DNA of 64,000 nt from an uncultured Thermoplasmata archaeon (GCA_963719945.1 CAVRDX010000003.1:1-64000), one strand, 5' to 3'. Counted from the first letter of the stretch, positions 9,169 through 19,347 are shown. The notes: a model not told the origin generated them from the sequence alone. Program-made: numbers and translations.

Positions 9169-10659
9169 ATGCGTGAACTGTCTGGCGGTGGCATCTATGG
9201 AAACCGTATGCCCGAATCGAGGAGCTCCCGCGCTAAACGACCGCGAGCGACTCGCGTGGTGATATCCGCACGCACGCGTAGGTTCGTCATATCTCCACCG
9301 TTCTCAATTCTGATGGTCGTAGCCTGCACTGCATGTCTTGTATTAGCTCTCTCGATTGGTGGAGCGCCAGTTGGTGGCGAATCACAGGTTAACGTCACCA
9401 CAGCCGCTGATCAAGGTTCTCCCTCAGTTGCTATGACTTCCGGAGGGGAATTCGCAGTCGTATGGGAATCGTCTGGCCAGGACGGGAATGGCTATGGCAT
9501 TTACGCACGGAAGTACGATAGCACCGGAACGCCGATAGCCACTGAGTTCGGAGTGAACACCAATACCTCTGGCGATCAGAGGTATCCAAGCGGAGACACT
9601 GACTCTGATAGCAACCTCATGATCGTATGGCAGTCACCAGGTGATTATTGGGATGGTGTAGGATATTCCACGCTGGGTGTCTGTATCTTGAGATTCGACA
9701 GTTCTGGCATTTCGTGGAACCCCACAGAGCAACAGGTCAATGATCAGACCGCCGGTGATCAGTTCGACCCTGTCATTGCTGTCGCATCCAATTCCAAGCA
9801 CGTTGTGATTTGGACCGATTCAGGACTGGATGGAAGCGGGAACGGGATATTCGGCAAGCTGTTCAATCAAATGGGTAAAAGGATTCTGAGTTTCCAGGCT
9901 AATACATATGTTACTGGGTCTCAGTCCCAACCAGCTATTGCGATGAGCGACTCTGGCGATTTCGTCGTCACGTGGAACTCATATGGTCAAGATGGGGCTG
10001 AGGGTGGCATATATGGACAACGGTTCTCCAGCGGTGGATCTTTACGAGGTTCAGAATTCCGTGTGAACACATATACTTCCGGTGACCAGAATTCTCCTTC
10101 AGTGGCCGTTCATTCCTCGGGTACGTTCATGGTCGTATGGTCTTCTTACGGTCAGGATGGTGATGGCTACGGGGTATTCGGACAGCGCTACGATGACGCT
10201 GGAACGCCCTTGGGATTGGAGTTTCAAGTGAACTCTCATGTCATCGGCGACCAGGTTAAGCCCTGTGTGTCTCCAGGTTCAAACGGTTCCTTCCTAGTGA
10301 CCTGGAGTTCTCAGAGTGCGGGCAGTGGTTTCGATGTATATGCTCAGCAATTCGATTCTAACGGCTCTCCGATCGGTCCTGAGTTCAGGGTCAACTCGCA
10401 CGTGCCAGGAGACCAGATGGATGCAGTGATCTCTGCTGACTCCTTGGGCAACTATGTAGTCGCATGGTCGTCAGCAGATCAGGATGGCGACGGCCTCGGC
10501 ATCTTTTGTCAGAGGTATGATACGGTTGCTATCCCTGAATTCGGGGAAGTGATCGTTCCAGTAATGGCGACTCTGCTGGTATTCGTTGTATTCATGAAGC
10601 GTCGAAGCAGAAAGGGCAAGACCGAATCGCAAGATGCTGGTCAATCTTCTATGCGATAG
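9169..10659 (+). CDS. Secreted repeat (probable beta-propeller) protein with a PEF-CTERM sorting signal
   Basis: About 7 repeats of EFxVNTxTxGDQxxPxVA...FxVxWxSxxQDGxGxGIxxQ. C-terminus IPEF + TM + KRRSRK. Start uncertain. Confidence 0.85.
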   Translation: MRELSGGGIYGNRMPESRSSRAKRPRATRVVISARTRRFVISPPFSILMVVACTACLVLALSIGGAPVGGESQVNVTTAADQGSPSVAMTSGGEFAVVWESSGQDGNGYGIYARKYDSTGTPIATEFGVNTNTSGDQRYPSGDTDSDSNLMIVWQSPGDYWDGVGYSTLGVCILRFDSSGISWNPTEQQVNDQTAGDQFDPVIAVASNSKHVVIWTDSGLDGSGNGIFGKLFNQMGKRILSFQANTYVTGSQSQPAIAMSDSGDFVVTWNSYGQDGAEGGIYGQRFSSGGSLRGSEFRVNTYTSGDQNSPSVAVHSSGTFMVVWSSYGQDGDGYGVFGQRYDDAGTPLGLEFQVNSHVIGDQVKPCVSPGSNGSFLVTWSSQSAGSGFDVYAQQFDSNGSPIGPEFRVNSHVPGDQMDAVISADSLGNYVVAWSSADQDGDGLGIFCQRYDTVAIPEFGEVIVPVMATLLVFVVFMKRRSRKGKTESQDAGQSSMR

Positions 10660-11671
10660 GTTTGCGATACCATGTGTAATGCTTGACGACTTTGAAACCC
10701 ATGCCCTTGTAAAGTCTAATGGGGTCGTGCGGGTTCTCGATTTCCATGCCCAACGTGGCATCATCCATTCCACGGTCTTTAAGGACCTGGAAGCTGCTCG
10801 CAAGAAGGGCACGTGCCAGGCCTATGCCCCTGAACGGCTCTCGGACGAAGACGTGTTCAGTATGTCCGCGTTTCCTTTCGGATTGCCTATTCTCCTCGTC
10901 CACTATGTAGTTGAGAACCATCCCTGCTAGTGTATCCCCTTTCCATGCCACCTGCCACAGGTCTGGCTGGAAGCCACTCGTTTTCTTGAATGCTTCGAAA
11001 TGCTCATCGCTCCAAATATCATCAGAGTAGTCCCATTCCTTTTGCTTGGATTCCCTGCACGCCTCCCATATCTTGCGATGATGCTCTGGACGTACTGGTC
11101 GTATCTCAAAGCCGTCGGGAAGCGGCATCTCTGGAATATCTTCCAGGCTCCTGACCATATCAATGACATGCTGGACTTCGCCGTATCCGTTCTTCACAAT
11201 GATGGACTTCCATTCGTTGTCTGTTTGGTGGGCCCAAAGCTCTAGGTATCCTGCTCTACCTTTGCTATCCATCCTGGCGGTTCTCAGAATGTGACTCTCG
11301 TTGTGTCGGAACAGCGCCTCTCTGATGCCCTGGCCACGCCATTCGCTCAATAGCTCTGCTGAGTGACGGTAGCTTCTCTTACCGTCCGCTCTGTCCTCCC
11401 ATCCGACTCTCGCTAGCCCTATCATCTTCCCATCGGCCTCCGCAATTAGGACATCGGTCATTGGGTCGAAATCGAGATGGTCGCTGAAGTCAGCCGCGAT
11501 GTCCTCCTCGGTTGTGATGAAGTCAACGCCGTCGGCTTGTCTGCTCTGGTTTATCACTGCGACCATCGCAGGGATGTCCTCCTTTCCGAGATAGCGGCGG
11601 AGAACCAATCCACTGATTGCTGGGAAGTCTGCGATCTCAAAATCCTCCGCCTGTTTCTCACTGCTAGTCAT
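10649..11671 (-). CDS. Tandem GNAT N-acetyltransferase
   Basis: Two acetyl-CoA motifs (EWRGQGI, PFRGIGLARALL) and LYKGMGF. Confidence 0.88.
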   Translation of the reverse strand: MTSSEKQAEDFEIADFPAISGLVLRRYLGKEDIPAMVAVINQSRQADGVDFITTEEDIAADFSDHLDFDPMTDVLIAEADGKMIGLARVGWEDRADGKRSYRHSAELLSEWRGQGIREALFRHNESHILRTARMDSKGRAGYLELWAHQTDNEWKSIIVKNGYGEVQHVIDMVRSLEDIPEMPLPDGFEIRPVRPEHHRKIWEACRESKQKEWDYSDDIWSDEHFEAFKKTSGFQPDLWQVAWKGDTLAGMVLNYIVDEENRQSERKRGHTEHVFVREPFRGIGLARALLASSFQVLKDRGMDDATLGMEIENPHDPIRLYKGMGFKVVKHYTWYRKPIA

Positions 11672-11920
11672 TCGCTTTATCCCTCATCAGATGCTCAGAA
11701 CACGATTGCATATCATGGCCGGGGCAGGTATTGACAAGGCTTCTGACTCTATCTATTTTAGGGAAGTCATCTCTGATTGGAGATCACGCAGGATTTCGTA
11801 CCGGGGACAAGCCCTTTCCTGTCATTCCTTGTGGTTTTCAGCCAAGTCGGATAGTGGCAATGCCACCTCTCATCGAAATGGAGATATATTGCCCTGGTCC
11901 TATCAGAATAGGGTCTGAGG

Positions 11921-13231
11921 GTGGCGGGCCACGACAGAATTGAAAAGCGGTCAGGCATTAGATTGAGTGCACTAGCTGGAATTGTGGCGCTGGTAGTAAT
12001 TGTGTCTGTCGTCACATCCTTTGTGTTGTATTCCGCTGCGAAGGTTGAGTGGAAGGTTGACAGGATTGATGGGACATACTACGAAGTGCAATGGCCATAT
12101 GTAGCAACCGACGACACAGACACCCTACACATGACCTATTATATGAACAGCTCATTGATTCACTCTGCCCTGACGGATGATGGTTGGGTGCACTCCACTG
12201 TCGTTGACGATAGCATATTTGGGGCCTCTCCTATCGTATTCGATGGTGCAGGGAATCCACACATCTGCTACATGGTCGAAGGAGGGGATTCCGCGTATTC
12301 ATCCTTGAACTGGACCTTGGTGTATGCGAAGAAAGTTGCCGACGACTGGACTAGGTCAGTCATCAGCAGCGTTGCTTTGGAAGGGTCTCACTCGATGGCG
12401 CTTGACGCATCTGGCAATGCACATGTCGCCTTCGTTCGGTCAGGAGACATCGTCTACGCAAACAACACGAACGGTAGTTGGGAAGAGACTTTGTTATTGG
12501 ATCACCCAGATGCTCCAGAAAATATTCTCGCCTCTAATTTCGGAATGACTTCTATCGCAATTGATGCATCGGGCCACCCACATGTGGCAGTTGGATACAA
12601 CAGGGGGTTCGTGGGGGTTTACTCCGAAGTCAGCGGCAACTGGAATCTCACGACCCTTTTCTACTGGGACCTCACCTTCAATTCGGTATCGATGGACGTC
12701 AGTGATAATGGCACGCTCCTTGTCGGTTACTGGGGATATCCAGTGGGCGAACCAGACAAACGAGGCGTGATGTTGGCCACTAAAGATCCCGATGGTTGGG
12801 CAGTCGAGCCTGTGTATACACCGGAGTCTGACACGGATGAATTCAGATGTTCAATCAGTGCTGCCAATGGAGGATTCGTTAAGATCGCAGTGGAGAGGCG
12901 CGACGATAGAGACTGCAGGCTGGCGGTAATCACTTCATGCGAGGGAGGTTGGGAGTACAGCGAGGTGATAGGTCCCTACAACAATCCACATTACTCTATG
13001 TATCAGTCGCAGTTGTCAATCTGCTCAGGCGAAGATGGGCACGCGATTGTGTCGGTCAGCCGTGGGTTCGCAGAGTATGCCACAGACTCACTCGACTTCT
13101 CAGATCGCCTATCCTCGGTGTCATTGATCGCATTGGCCGGTTACTCCATCGGATTAGTGGTCTGGGTCGTCGTGCTGAGAGTCGTGAGAGTATTCTCAAA
13201 CAGAGTCGAAAGAAGTGCGAGAGATCGCTAG
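11921..13231 (+). CDS. Membrane-anchored extracellular beta-propeller-like protein
   Basis: N- and C-terminal TM segments; SxAxDxxGxPHIxY/W repeats. Confidence 0.7.
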   Translation: MAGHDRIEKRSGIRLSALAGIVALVVIVSVVTSFVLYSAAKVEWKVDRIDGTYYEVQWPYVATDDTDTLHMTYYMNSSLIHSALTDDGWVHSTVVDDSIFGASPIVFDGAGNPHICYMVEGGDSAYSSLNWTLVYAKKVADDWTRSVISSVALEGSHSMALDASGNAHVAFVRSGDIVYANNTNGSWEETLLLDHPDAPENILASNFGMTSIAIDASGHPHVAVGYNRGFVGVYSEVSGNWNLTTLFYWDLTFNSVSMDVSDNGTLLVGYWGYPVGEPDKRGVMLATKDPDGWAVEPVYTPESDTDEFRCSISAANGGFVKIAVERRDDRDCRLAVITSCEGGWEYSEVIGPYNNPHYSMYQSQLSICSGEDGHAIVSVSRGFAEYATDSLDFSDRLSSVSLIALAGYSIGLVVWVVVLRVVRVFSNRVERSARDR

Positions 13232-13268
13232 GTCGCCTAGGCTGAGGGAACGCCGTGATGATCTGAAG

Positions 13269-13443
13269 TGGGGGCAGAGGGATTTGAACCCCCATCAACG
13301 GGTTTCCACCACGCGGAGAGCGACTCCGGGTGTTACGGACATCATGGGTCATCGCTCCAGTTACTCATCACTGGTCAGCAAACCCAATGGAAATCATTCC
13401 CATAACTGGAGCCCGTAAGGATACCAGGTTACCCCATACCCCC
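13269..13443 (-). tRNA. tRNA-Trp(CCA) with a 102-nt intron at 37/38
   Basis: Acceptor GGGGGTA/TGCCCCC-A; anticodon stem ACGGG/CCCGT with CT-CCA-G|A; T arm GGGGGTTCAAATCCCTC; intron 13304-13405. Confidence 0.96.
13304..13405 (-). ncRNA. Intron-encoded box C/D guide sRNA targeting C34 and C39 of tRNA-Trp
   Basis: C-like AATGATT, D' CTGA, C' GTGATGA, D ATGA. Guides GGGTTTG and TAACTGGAGCG are complementary to the tRNA, with the fifth nucleotide opposite C39 and C34. Confidence 0.9.
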
Positions 13444-13467
13444 GTATGGTTTGGGACGTAGGCGCGC

Positions 13468-13575
13468 CTACTTCTTCCTAAGCCGCTGAGCTCTCTTTCT
13501 TCTTCTCATCTTCTTCTTGCGCCATTTCCAGCGCTGCTTGCCTTTCTTCTTCCAGGCGCGTGAGCTTCGTTTCAT
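13468..13575 (-). CDS. rpl41e: Ribosomal protein eL41 (L41e)
   Basis: MKRSSRAWKKKGKQRWKWRKKKMRRRKRAQRLRKK; SD AGGGAG; below the ORF-track size cutoff. Confidence 0.88.
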   Translation of the reverse strand: MKRSSRAWKKKGKQRWKWRKKKMRRRKRAQRLRKK

Positions 13576-13643
13576 GAATTAGACTCCCTTACGTCGTTTG
13601 GGCGTACATCGCTCCCTTTTAATATGCCTTTTGGAGGGCCAAG

Positions 13644-13764
13644 CGGGCCGGTCGGGAATTTCGGGCGTTTTTGGCGCCTTTCGAACCCGAGACCACTGGC
13701 TCCCTCCGTCCCCCATGAGGGGACTTAGAAGGCCAGTGCTATATCCTGACTAAGCCACCGGCCC
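13644..13764 (-). tRNA. tRNA-Arg(TCT) with two introns (24 nt at 37/38; 22 nt at 59/60)
   Basis: Acceptor GGGCCGG/CCGGCCC-G; anticodon CTGGC CT-TCT-A|A GCCAG. Introns 13702-13725 and 13658-13679 each form a bulge-helix-bulge. Confidence 0.93.
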
Positions 13765-13896
13765 ATGCTGGCCAAAGTCCACATAATTCGCCTATGTATA
13801 AAACCTTGGTTGTCGCACCCCCCTCTTTCCGATCAATGGTCGGAAATCGTTTAATGAGTTAATTTAAAAACACTGCACCTCCCTCAGGTCTCTTGC

Positions 13897-14667
13897 ATGG
13901 GCAACATCAACATATTCGAATTGAAGAAAACGGATCTTAGAAACGCCGTCGTCATCGATGGTTTCCCCAGTGTCGGACTGGTCAGTTCGATAGTGGCCAG
14001 TTATCTGATAGCTCTTCTGAAGATGGAATACATCGCGGTGATGGATTCAGATATGTTCCCCACCGTCTCCTTGATAAAGAACTCCGAACCACTGGGTCCT
14101 GCGAGGATATACGCTCGTCCACACCTGAAGGAGGGCGAGCAGCAGATAGTCGTCTTCTCGACCGAGCTGCAGCCATCTGGGGCGCTGCTAAGGCCTCTCG
14201 GGGCAGCGATGATAGATTTCGCCATCGAGCAGAAATGCCGCCTCGTGATTTCCGCAGGCGGATTGATCGTCGAACGAGGTGAGGAAGAGCCCGAAGACTC
14301 CTCTGGTGAGGTCGCGGTCTATGGGATCGGTAGCACGGAGGCCGCGCAGGATCTGCTCAAGGAGGCCGATGCCGAACCGTTCATTGAAGGCGTGATCTCG
14401 GGTACCGCAGGCGTTTTGTTGAACGAAGGTACACGACGAGGGGTCGATGTCATCACACTACTCGCAGAAGCCCGTCCAGATGTTGCGGATGCGCGAGCCG
14501 CAGCACTCATACTCGCTGCGATTGACCAGATGGTCCTTCATCTCAACCTAAACGTCGAACCACTCTGCAAGGAAGCTGAACGTCTAGAAGCCCAGCTGAA
14601 GGTTCTTCACAGGGATGCAGAGATGAAGAGTGATGGTCAGAGACCGGATCTTGCTGGCTACTATTGA
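13897..14667 (+). CDS. Proteasome assembly chaperone (PAC2/Pba family)
   Basis: IDGFPSVGLVSSIVASYL, PARIY, GVISGTAGVLL, DARAAA. Confidence 0.9.
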   Translation: MGNINIFELKKTDLRNAVVIDGFPSVGLVSSIVASYLIALLKMEYIAVMDSDMFPTVSLIKNSEPLGPARIYARPHLKEGEQQIVVFSTELQPSGALLRPLGAAMIDFAIEQKCRLVISAGGLIVERGEEEPEDSSGEVAVYGIGSTEAAQDLLKEADAEPFIEGVISGTAGVLLNEGTRRGVDVITLLAEARPDVADARAAALILAAIDQMVLHLNLNVEPLCKEAERLEAQLKVLHRDAEMKSDGQRPDLAGYY

Positions 14668-14868
14668 GCGTTCGAGCTTTTAGACCATCAGACTTCCAAT
14701 AGTCAGTATTGCGAGCGCGAGCTACCAAACTTTATTAGATATACTGGTGATTCTTCTCACGATGCGGGCCATCGGTTCCAAGTTCAGACAACAATTGTCG
14801 ATGTCCGATCGAGAAGGAACCGGAACCATTCATCATGAGTCGTTAGCGGGGGACTGGCAGGTGATGCG

Positions 14869-16041
14869 ATGCTAGATGTTCTCTACAACCTCCTCATCAT
14901 TCTGATGGTCCTATTTTGGTTTCTGAGCATCAAAAAGGCGAAGAGACCTGGGCAGCTCAGGAGAATCGTGGCGAAGAACGCGTTGGTCATTGGCGTTTCA
15001 CTTTGGATATTGGCATCGGTCCTCGTGGCCGTATTCGTGGTCGAATTCGACTATTTCGGGGATAGCCGCGATGTGGATGATGCAGTGGATGCAGCTGTTG
15101 TCAATTGGACGAGCGGGATCAACCCCTACGCTGAATTCGTCGTCCCGAGGTTCAGCGAGATGGGGCATTTTGCCATTTTTGGCGATAATTCGGACAGCAT
15201 CGCCGTGTGGTCATATGGTCCATATAATTACTTGCCATTCGACCTGATGTTCTATTCAGTTGCCCACGCAGCTCTGGGCGAATTCGGGTCCCCGGTCTGG
15301 TTCGTCATCACCAATATCATATGCGCATCCTGCGCGCTCTTCCTGTTCTACAGACTCCTCGACATCAAGAATCCTTATCTGTACTCTCCATTTGCCATAA
15401 TGCTCGTGATTTTCTATGCGTTCGATAACACCAGCCTGACCATGCTTTTAATAATCGGAGCTTTATATTTAAAGGAACGGTCCAAGTTCATGCCTGAAAC
15501 ACTCGCCGTGATTGTGATGGGTGTGGCATGTCTGACCAAGATATTTGCCGTGATTCCATTCATCGTCCTCGTACTCATCATTCTTCAGAGGGAGATCAAG
15601 AATCGCGATTTCAGAAAACTCGTGGAGGCCGCTGTCGCAATAGGTGCCGTCTGCATAATTGCCATCCTTGTCATTGCACCGTTCGGGATGTCCGATGTGC
15701 TGGATTCCACTGTGTTCGTCTATTCTTCCGGTGAGGTCCGCGATGACATGCCGATCGGGGGGACCGTTCTGAGCGAACTCATCGGGGGCAATACATACTA
15801 TTCCTATATCTGTCTGGGAATGATGGCTGCTGCAATCCTCACTGGGCTGCTTCTGCGCTCGTCGAACGACAGAGTCCTCCTGTTCCTCAGCGTCTTCCTG
15901 CTAGTCTCGGTCAAGAGCACGCTGGCCCCATTCTGCATAGCCTGGATATTCCTCGCCCTCAAGTACCGCGATGTGCTCGTGCTCAGGGACAAAGAGCTCG
16001 AGACTGCCGAAATTCCACCCGCTCAGGTATCGGATTCTTGA
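14869..16041 (+). CDS. Polytopic GT-C (GT87-like) glycosyltransferase
   Basis: About 10 TM helices; GINPY, YNYLP and LTKIF motifs. Confidence 0.6.
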   Translation: MLDVLYNLLIILMVLFWFLSIKKAKRPGQLRRIVAKNALVIGVSLWILASVLVAVFVVEFDYFGDSRDVDDAVDAAVVNWTSGINPYAEFVVPRFSEMGHFAIFGDNSDSIAVWSYGPYNYLPFDLMFYSVAHAALGEFGSPVWFVITNIICASCALFLFYRLLDIKNPYLYSPFAIMLVIFYAFDNTSLTMLLIIGALYLKERSKFMPETLAVIVMGVACLTKIFAVIPFIVLVLIILQREIKNRDFRKLVEAAVAIGAVCIIAILVIAPFGMSDVLDSTVFVYSSGEVRDDMPIGGTVLSELIGGNTYYSYICLGMMAAAILTGLLLRSSNDRVLLFLSVFLLVSVKSTLAPFCIAWIFLALKYRDVLVLRDKELETAEIPPAQVSDS

Positions 16042-16162
16042 GATCACCCTCTGGCATACTCGTTCCCATATCAAATGAGCGGCTCCAGTTGTTCCTAAAG
16101 AAATATCTATTGTTTCAACCATCCGCAATTGAAAACCCTTTTCATCGCACGAACTTCGAGGT

Positions 16163-17506
16163 ATGTTCATGACTGCGCAAAAAGCTTCAATCAAGACCGA
16201 GGTTCCTGGGCCGAAGTCCAAGGAACTCGGAAGGCTTAGGGAGGAGTACCTCTCAAAGGGGGTCGGGATCGTGGCACCGATCTTCATTGAGACAGCTGAA
16301 GGATCAATATTGAATGACGTGGACGGGAACGCATTCATCGATATGGGCAGCGGGATCGGGGTCAATAATGTTGGAAACAGACCCCCTGAGGTCGTAGCTG
16401 CCGTGAAGGGGCAGGCGGACAAGTTCCTGCACCTGTGTTTCCAGGTGACCCCGTACGAGAGCTACATCAGGCTCGCTGAGAAGCTCGCCAAGATCGCACC
16501 TGGCAAGGCTCTGACCAAATCCGTCCTATTCAACTCTGGCGCCGAAGCCGTCGAGAACTCTGTCAAGATCTCGAGGCATTACACGAAGCGGCCAGCAGCG
16601 TTCTCGTTCGTCCACGCGTTCCATGGCAGGACGATGATGGCCATGGCCCTCACATCTAAGGAGATGCCTTACAAGGCAGGGTTCGGCCCGCTCCCCGAGA
16701 CGTACAAGGTCGATTTCGCATATTGTTACAGATGTCCATTACAGATGAGTTATCCATCCTGCGGCATCGCATGTGCGGACAAGATAGATGAGATATGGTC
16801 CGCCCCGCAGTTCGAGGGGAAGGTTGCATGCCTGATCGGCGAACCGATATCGGGCGAAGGTGGATTCATAGTCCCACCGAAGGAGTTCTACCCCAAGATA
16901 ACCAAGATATGCAGGAATCACGGGGTCGTCTATGTCGACGACGAGATCCAGACTGGTGCTGGCAGGACGGGGCGCATGTGGTGCGTGGAACATTGGCCCG
17001 GGACCGAACCAGACATGCTCGTCAGCGGAAAGGGCATCGGTGGTGGATTCCCGGTCTCAGCGACCACAGGCAGGCCGGAGATAATGGATGCACCCCAGGT
17101 CGGAGGTCTGGGCGGAACCTTCGGAGGGAACCCGGTCGCGTGCGTCGCCGCACTCGCACAGGTGGACCTCATCGAGAAAGCCCTAAAGAACGTCTCCAAG
17201 ATCAATGTGTACCTGACCCGCCGATTGTTGGAACTCCAGAAGAGGTTCCCGATCATCGGGGATGTCCGCGGAATGGGTGCCATGATGGCTGTGGAGTTGG
17301 TCGGTGATCCAGTGACCAAGACTCCGGCCGCAAAGGAGACGAAGGAGGTCAAAGCTGCTGCGCTTCAGCACGGCCTCCTATTGTTGACCTGTGGCACCTA
17401 CGACAATGTCATCAGGCTCCATCCTTCGATGGTGATGCCTCCGGAGACGCTCGAGCAGGCGATGGACCTGCTGGAGAAGAGCTTCGAGGAAGTGATGAAG
17501 AAATAA
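16163..17506 (+). CDS. gabT: 4-aminobutyrate aminotransferase (class III PLP enzyme)
   Basis: NSGAEAVENSVK, FHGRT, EPISGEGG, DEIQTGAGRTG, SGKGIGGG, GGTFGGNP. Confidence 0.88.
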   Translation: MFMTAQKASIKTEVPGPKSKELGRLREEYLSKGVGIVAPIFIETAEGSILNDVDGNAFIDMGSGIGVNNVGNRPPEVVAAVKGQADKFLHLCFQVTPYESYIRLAEKLAKIAPGKALTKSVLFNSGAEAVENSVKISRHYTKRPAAFSFVHAFHGRTMMAMALTSKEMPYKAGFGPLPETYKVDFAYCYRCPLQMSYPSCGIACADKIDEIWSAPQFEGKVACLIGEPISGEGGFIVPPKEFYPKITKICRNHGVVYVDDEIQTGAGRTGRMWCVEHWPGTEPDMLVSGKGIGGGFPVSATTGRPEIMDAPQVGGLGGTFGGNPVACVAALAQVDLIEKALKNVSKINVYLTRRLLELQKRFPIIGDVRGMGAMMAVELVGDPVTKTPAAKETKEVKAAALQHGLLLLTCGTYDNVIRLHPSMVMPPETLEQAMDLLEKSFEEVMKK

Positions 17507-17571
17507 TCTCATCACCTCGATCCGGCGAGATTCCAAACCATTTAACCTTCATTCCAATCTCATTTATCTGG

Positions 17572-18159
17572 TCACAGGTTTCGCTTTACGGCTATTCTGT
17601 TTGCTCTAGTCAGATCTTCTTCTGTATTGATGTTGATCGTGAGGAGAGGATCCTCGATCATCATTAGTCTCGTCTCTGCCTCATTGGAGACGACGTTCAA
17701 ACCCGCCCAAACCATCCTTCTCCCCTCCGGTGAAATCAAGACCGATTCGGGGTCTATCTCTCCAATGGCGATCTCGGCTGGGACAACTGCAGCGCAGCTG
17801 CCCCTTATCGCGCCCCTGATCATTGCCTCTGTATGCTCTGCGCGCGCGAAAGGAACATCCACATTCAAGCTCGCAAACCTCCCCAATCGGTCGATGAGCT
17901 CCAGGGTGTCTTCGTGATATCCGATGCCGGAGGTGATGATGACCTCGATCCCTGCTCTATCGGCCAACTCCATGGTTCCGATGTTCCTGTCTGTAATGGC
18001 GACTAGTACACCCTCGAGTGAGCCGCATCTCAGAGCCTCTGCTGCGCGATGCAATAATGTCTTGCCATTGACTTCCAATAATGCTTTCTCGGTCGGTCTG
18101 CCGAATCTTGTCGCCCTGCCACCGGCCATCACTACGCCCTTCAAATCATCAACACCCAT
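17572..18159 (-). CDS. cobY: GTP:adenosylcobinamide-phosphate guanylyltransferase
   Basis: MAGGRATRF...EKALL and NINTEEDL nucleotidyltransferase motifs; directly downstream of cobS. Confidence 0.8.
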   Translation of the reverse strand: MGVDDLKGVVMAGGRATRFGRPTEKALLEVNGKTLLHRAAEALRCGSLEGVLVAITDRNIGTMELADRAGIEVIITSGIGYHEDTLELIDRLGRFASLNVDVPFARAEHTEAMIRGAIRGSCAAVVPAEIAIGEIDPESVLISPEGRRMVWAGLNVVSNEAETRLMMIEDPLLTININTEEDLTRANRIAVKRNL

Positions 18160-18911
18160 GCAAGGAGTGTCAGGAGCCGTCCTATCTCGTTCGCTGCACC
18201 AAAGACGTCTCCGGATACTCCTCCGAAGTTCTTTCTGGCCTTGAGAGCGACCCAAAGCCCACCAAACATGCCAACGAACACGATCGGGAATAACAATTCG
18301 GAAAGCAGGAAAGCCGCAGAACCCGCGATCACGATGGCGATCAAGAGCCGTTTCAAACTAGCTTCCTCTACGAAAGCCTGCCCCATCCCTGCATGCGCAC
18401 TTGGGCCGATGCGGATCGCGGTGAGCAAGGCTAGTTTTCCCCCCATCTCTGCAATCGCGAATCCAACGGCGACGGAGAGGCCCCATGGTAGCCATATCAG
18501 ACCGAGCGTGTCTCCGGCACTCAAGCATAATCGGCTGACTAGAGCGAACATGAGTATCAGATAGATGACGACTGCAAATACCCCGCCGACTCCGCAGTGA
18601 ACATCCTTCATCGCGCTGGTCTTGCGACCGTGGTCTCCACTCGCCATCAATCCGTCGGCGAAATCCGCCATTCCCTCAGTGTGCAAGATTCCGTTGATAT
18701 AGTACAGGAGTGCGATTACTAGCCCGCCCGAGACCAGGTACATTCCCGGCCCCAATGTAGAATCGAGAAACACCGTGACGATGGCAGCTGAGAGACCGAC
18801 TACGAGGCCTACCAGGGGGAAGAACTGCTGCTGCTTTGCAGCCTTCCTCAGATCCATCATGGCTCCAGGTATCCTGATCCTCGTGAGCAAGGCGAACATC
18901 TCAAGCGTCAT
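18141..18911 (-). CDS. cobS: Cobalamin-5'-phosphate synthase
   Basis: LLTRI, GILHTEGMADFADG, MKDVHCGVGG, FGGVSGDVFGA. Confidence 0.93.
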   Translation of the reverse strand: MTLEMFALLTRIRIPGAMMDLRKAAKQQQFFPLVGLVVGLSAAIVTVFLDSTLGPGMYLVSGGLVIALLYYINGILHTEGMADFADGLMASGDHGRKTSAMKDVHCGVGGVFAVVIYLILMFALVSRLCLSAGDTLGLIWLPWGLSVAVGFAIAEMGGKLALLTAIRIGPSAHAGMGQAFVEEASLKRLLIAIVIAGSAAFLLSELLFPIVFVGMFGGLWVALKARKNFGGVSGDVFGAANEIGRLLTLLAWVLMI

Positions 18912-19347
18912 GGTGCTCCTCGAACAGTTTTGTCATAGTCGCCGCTACGAGGGCCCCAACTGCGTCATCCATGAATGGGGGTAATCTGCCGATCACTCCT
19001 GGCTTCTCTCTGTCATATCGGACATAGTTGAACAGGGCCTTCTTCCCGCCGATGTATTCGGCTATGGACATCCCGATCAGCTCGTCCGCGACAAGGGAGG
19101 CGGGGTCGTCGGCACCATTGAAGATGCATTTCGAATCTGATGTCATGACCTCATCCAGATGGCTAGCGGCCTCGATGAGCAGAAATACGTTGGGGTCTCG
19201 CAGGTTCCGTTCCAGAAGCTCCCGGTACCTATCCTTGAGCTTATGGACAAGCGAATCCTCTGCATCTCCGACATATAGCTCGAAGCCGGCCTCTATGAGG
19301 TCATCGATACTGGCCCCATATTTTTCCAGAGTCCTGGTCACATTCAT
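18901..19347 (-). CDS. cobZ: Alpha-ribazole phosphatase CobZ (PgpA-like)
   Basis: DPNV, DDPASLVADELIG, FNYVRYDREKPG, PFMDDA. Confidence 0.85.
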   Translation of the reverse strand: MNVTRTLEKYGASIDDLIEAGFELYVGDAEDSLVHKLKDRYRELLERNLRDPNVFLLIEAASHLDEVMTSDSKCIFNGADDPASLVADELIGMSIAEYIGGKKALFNYVRYDREKPGVIGRLPPFMDDAVGALVAATMTKLFEEHHDA

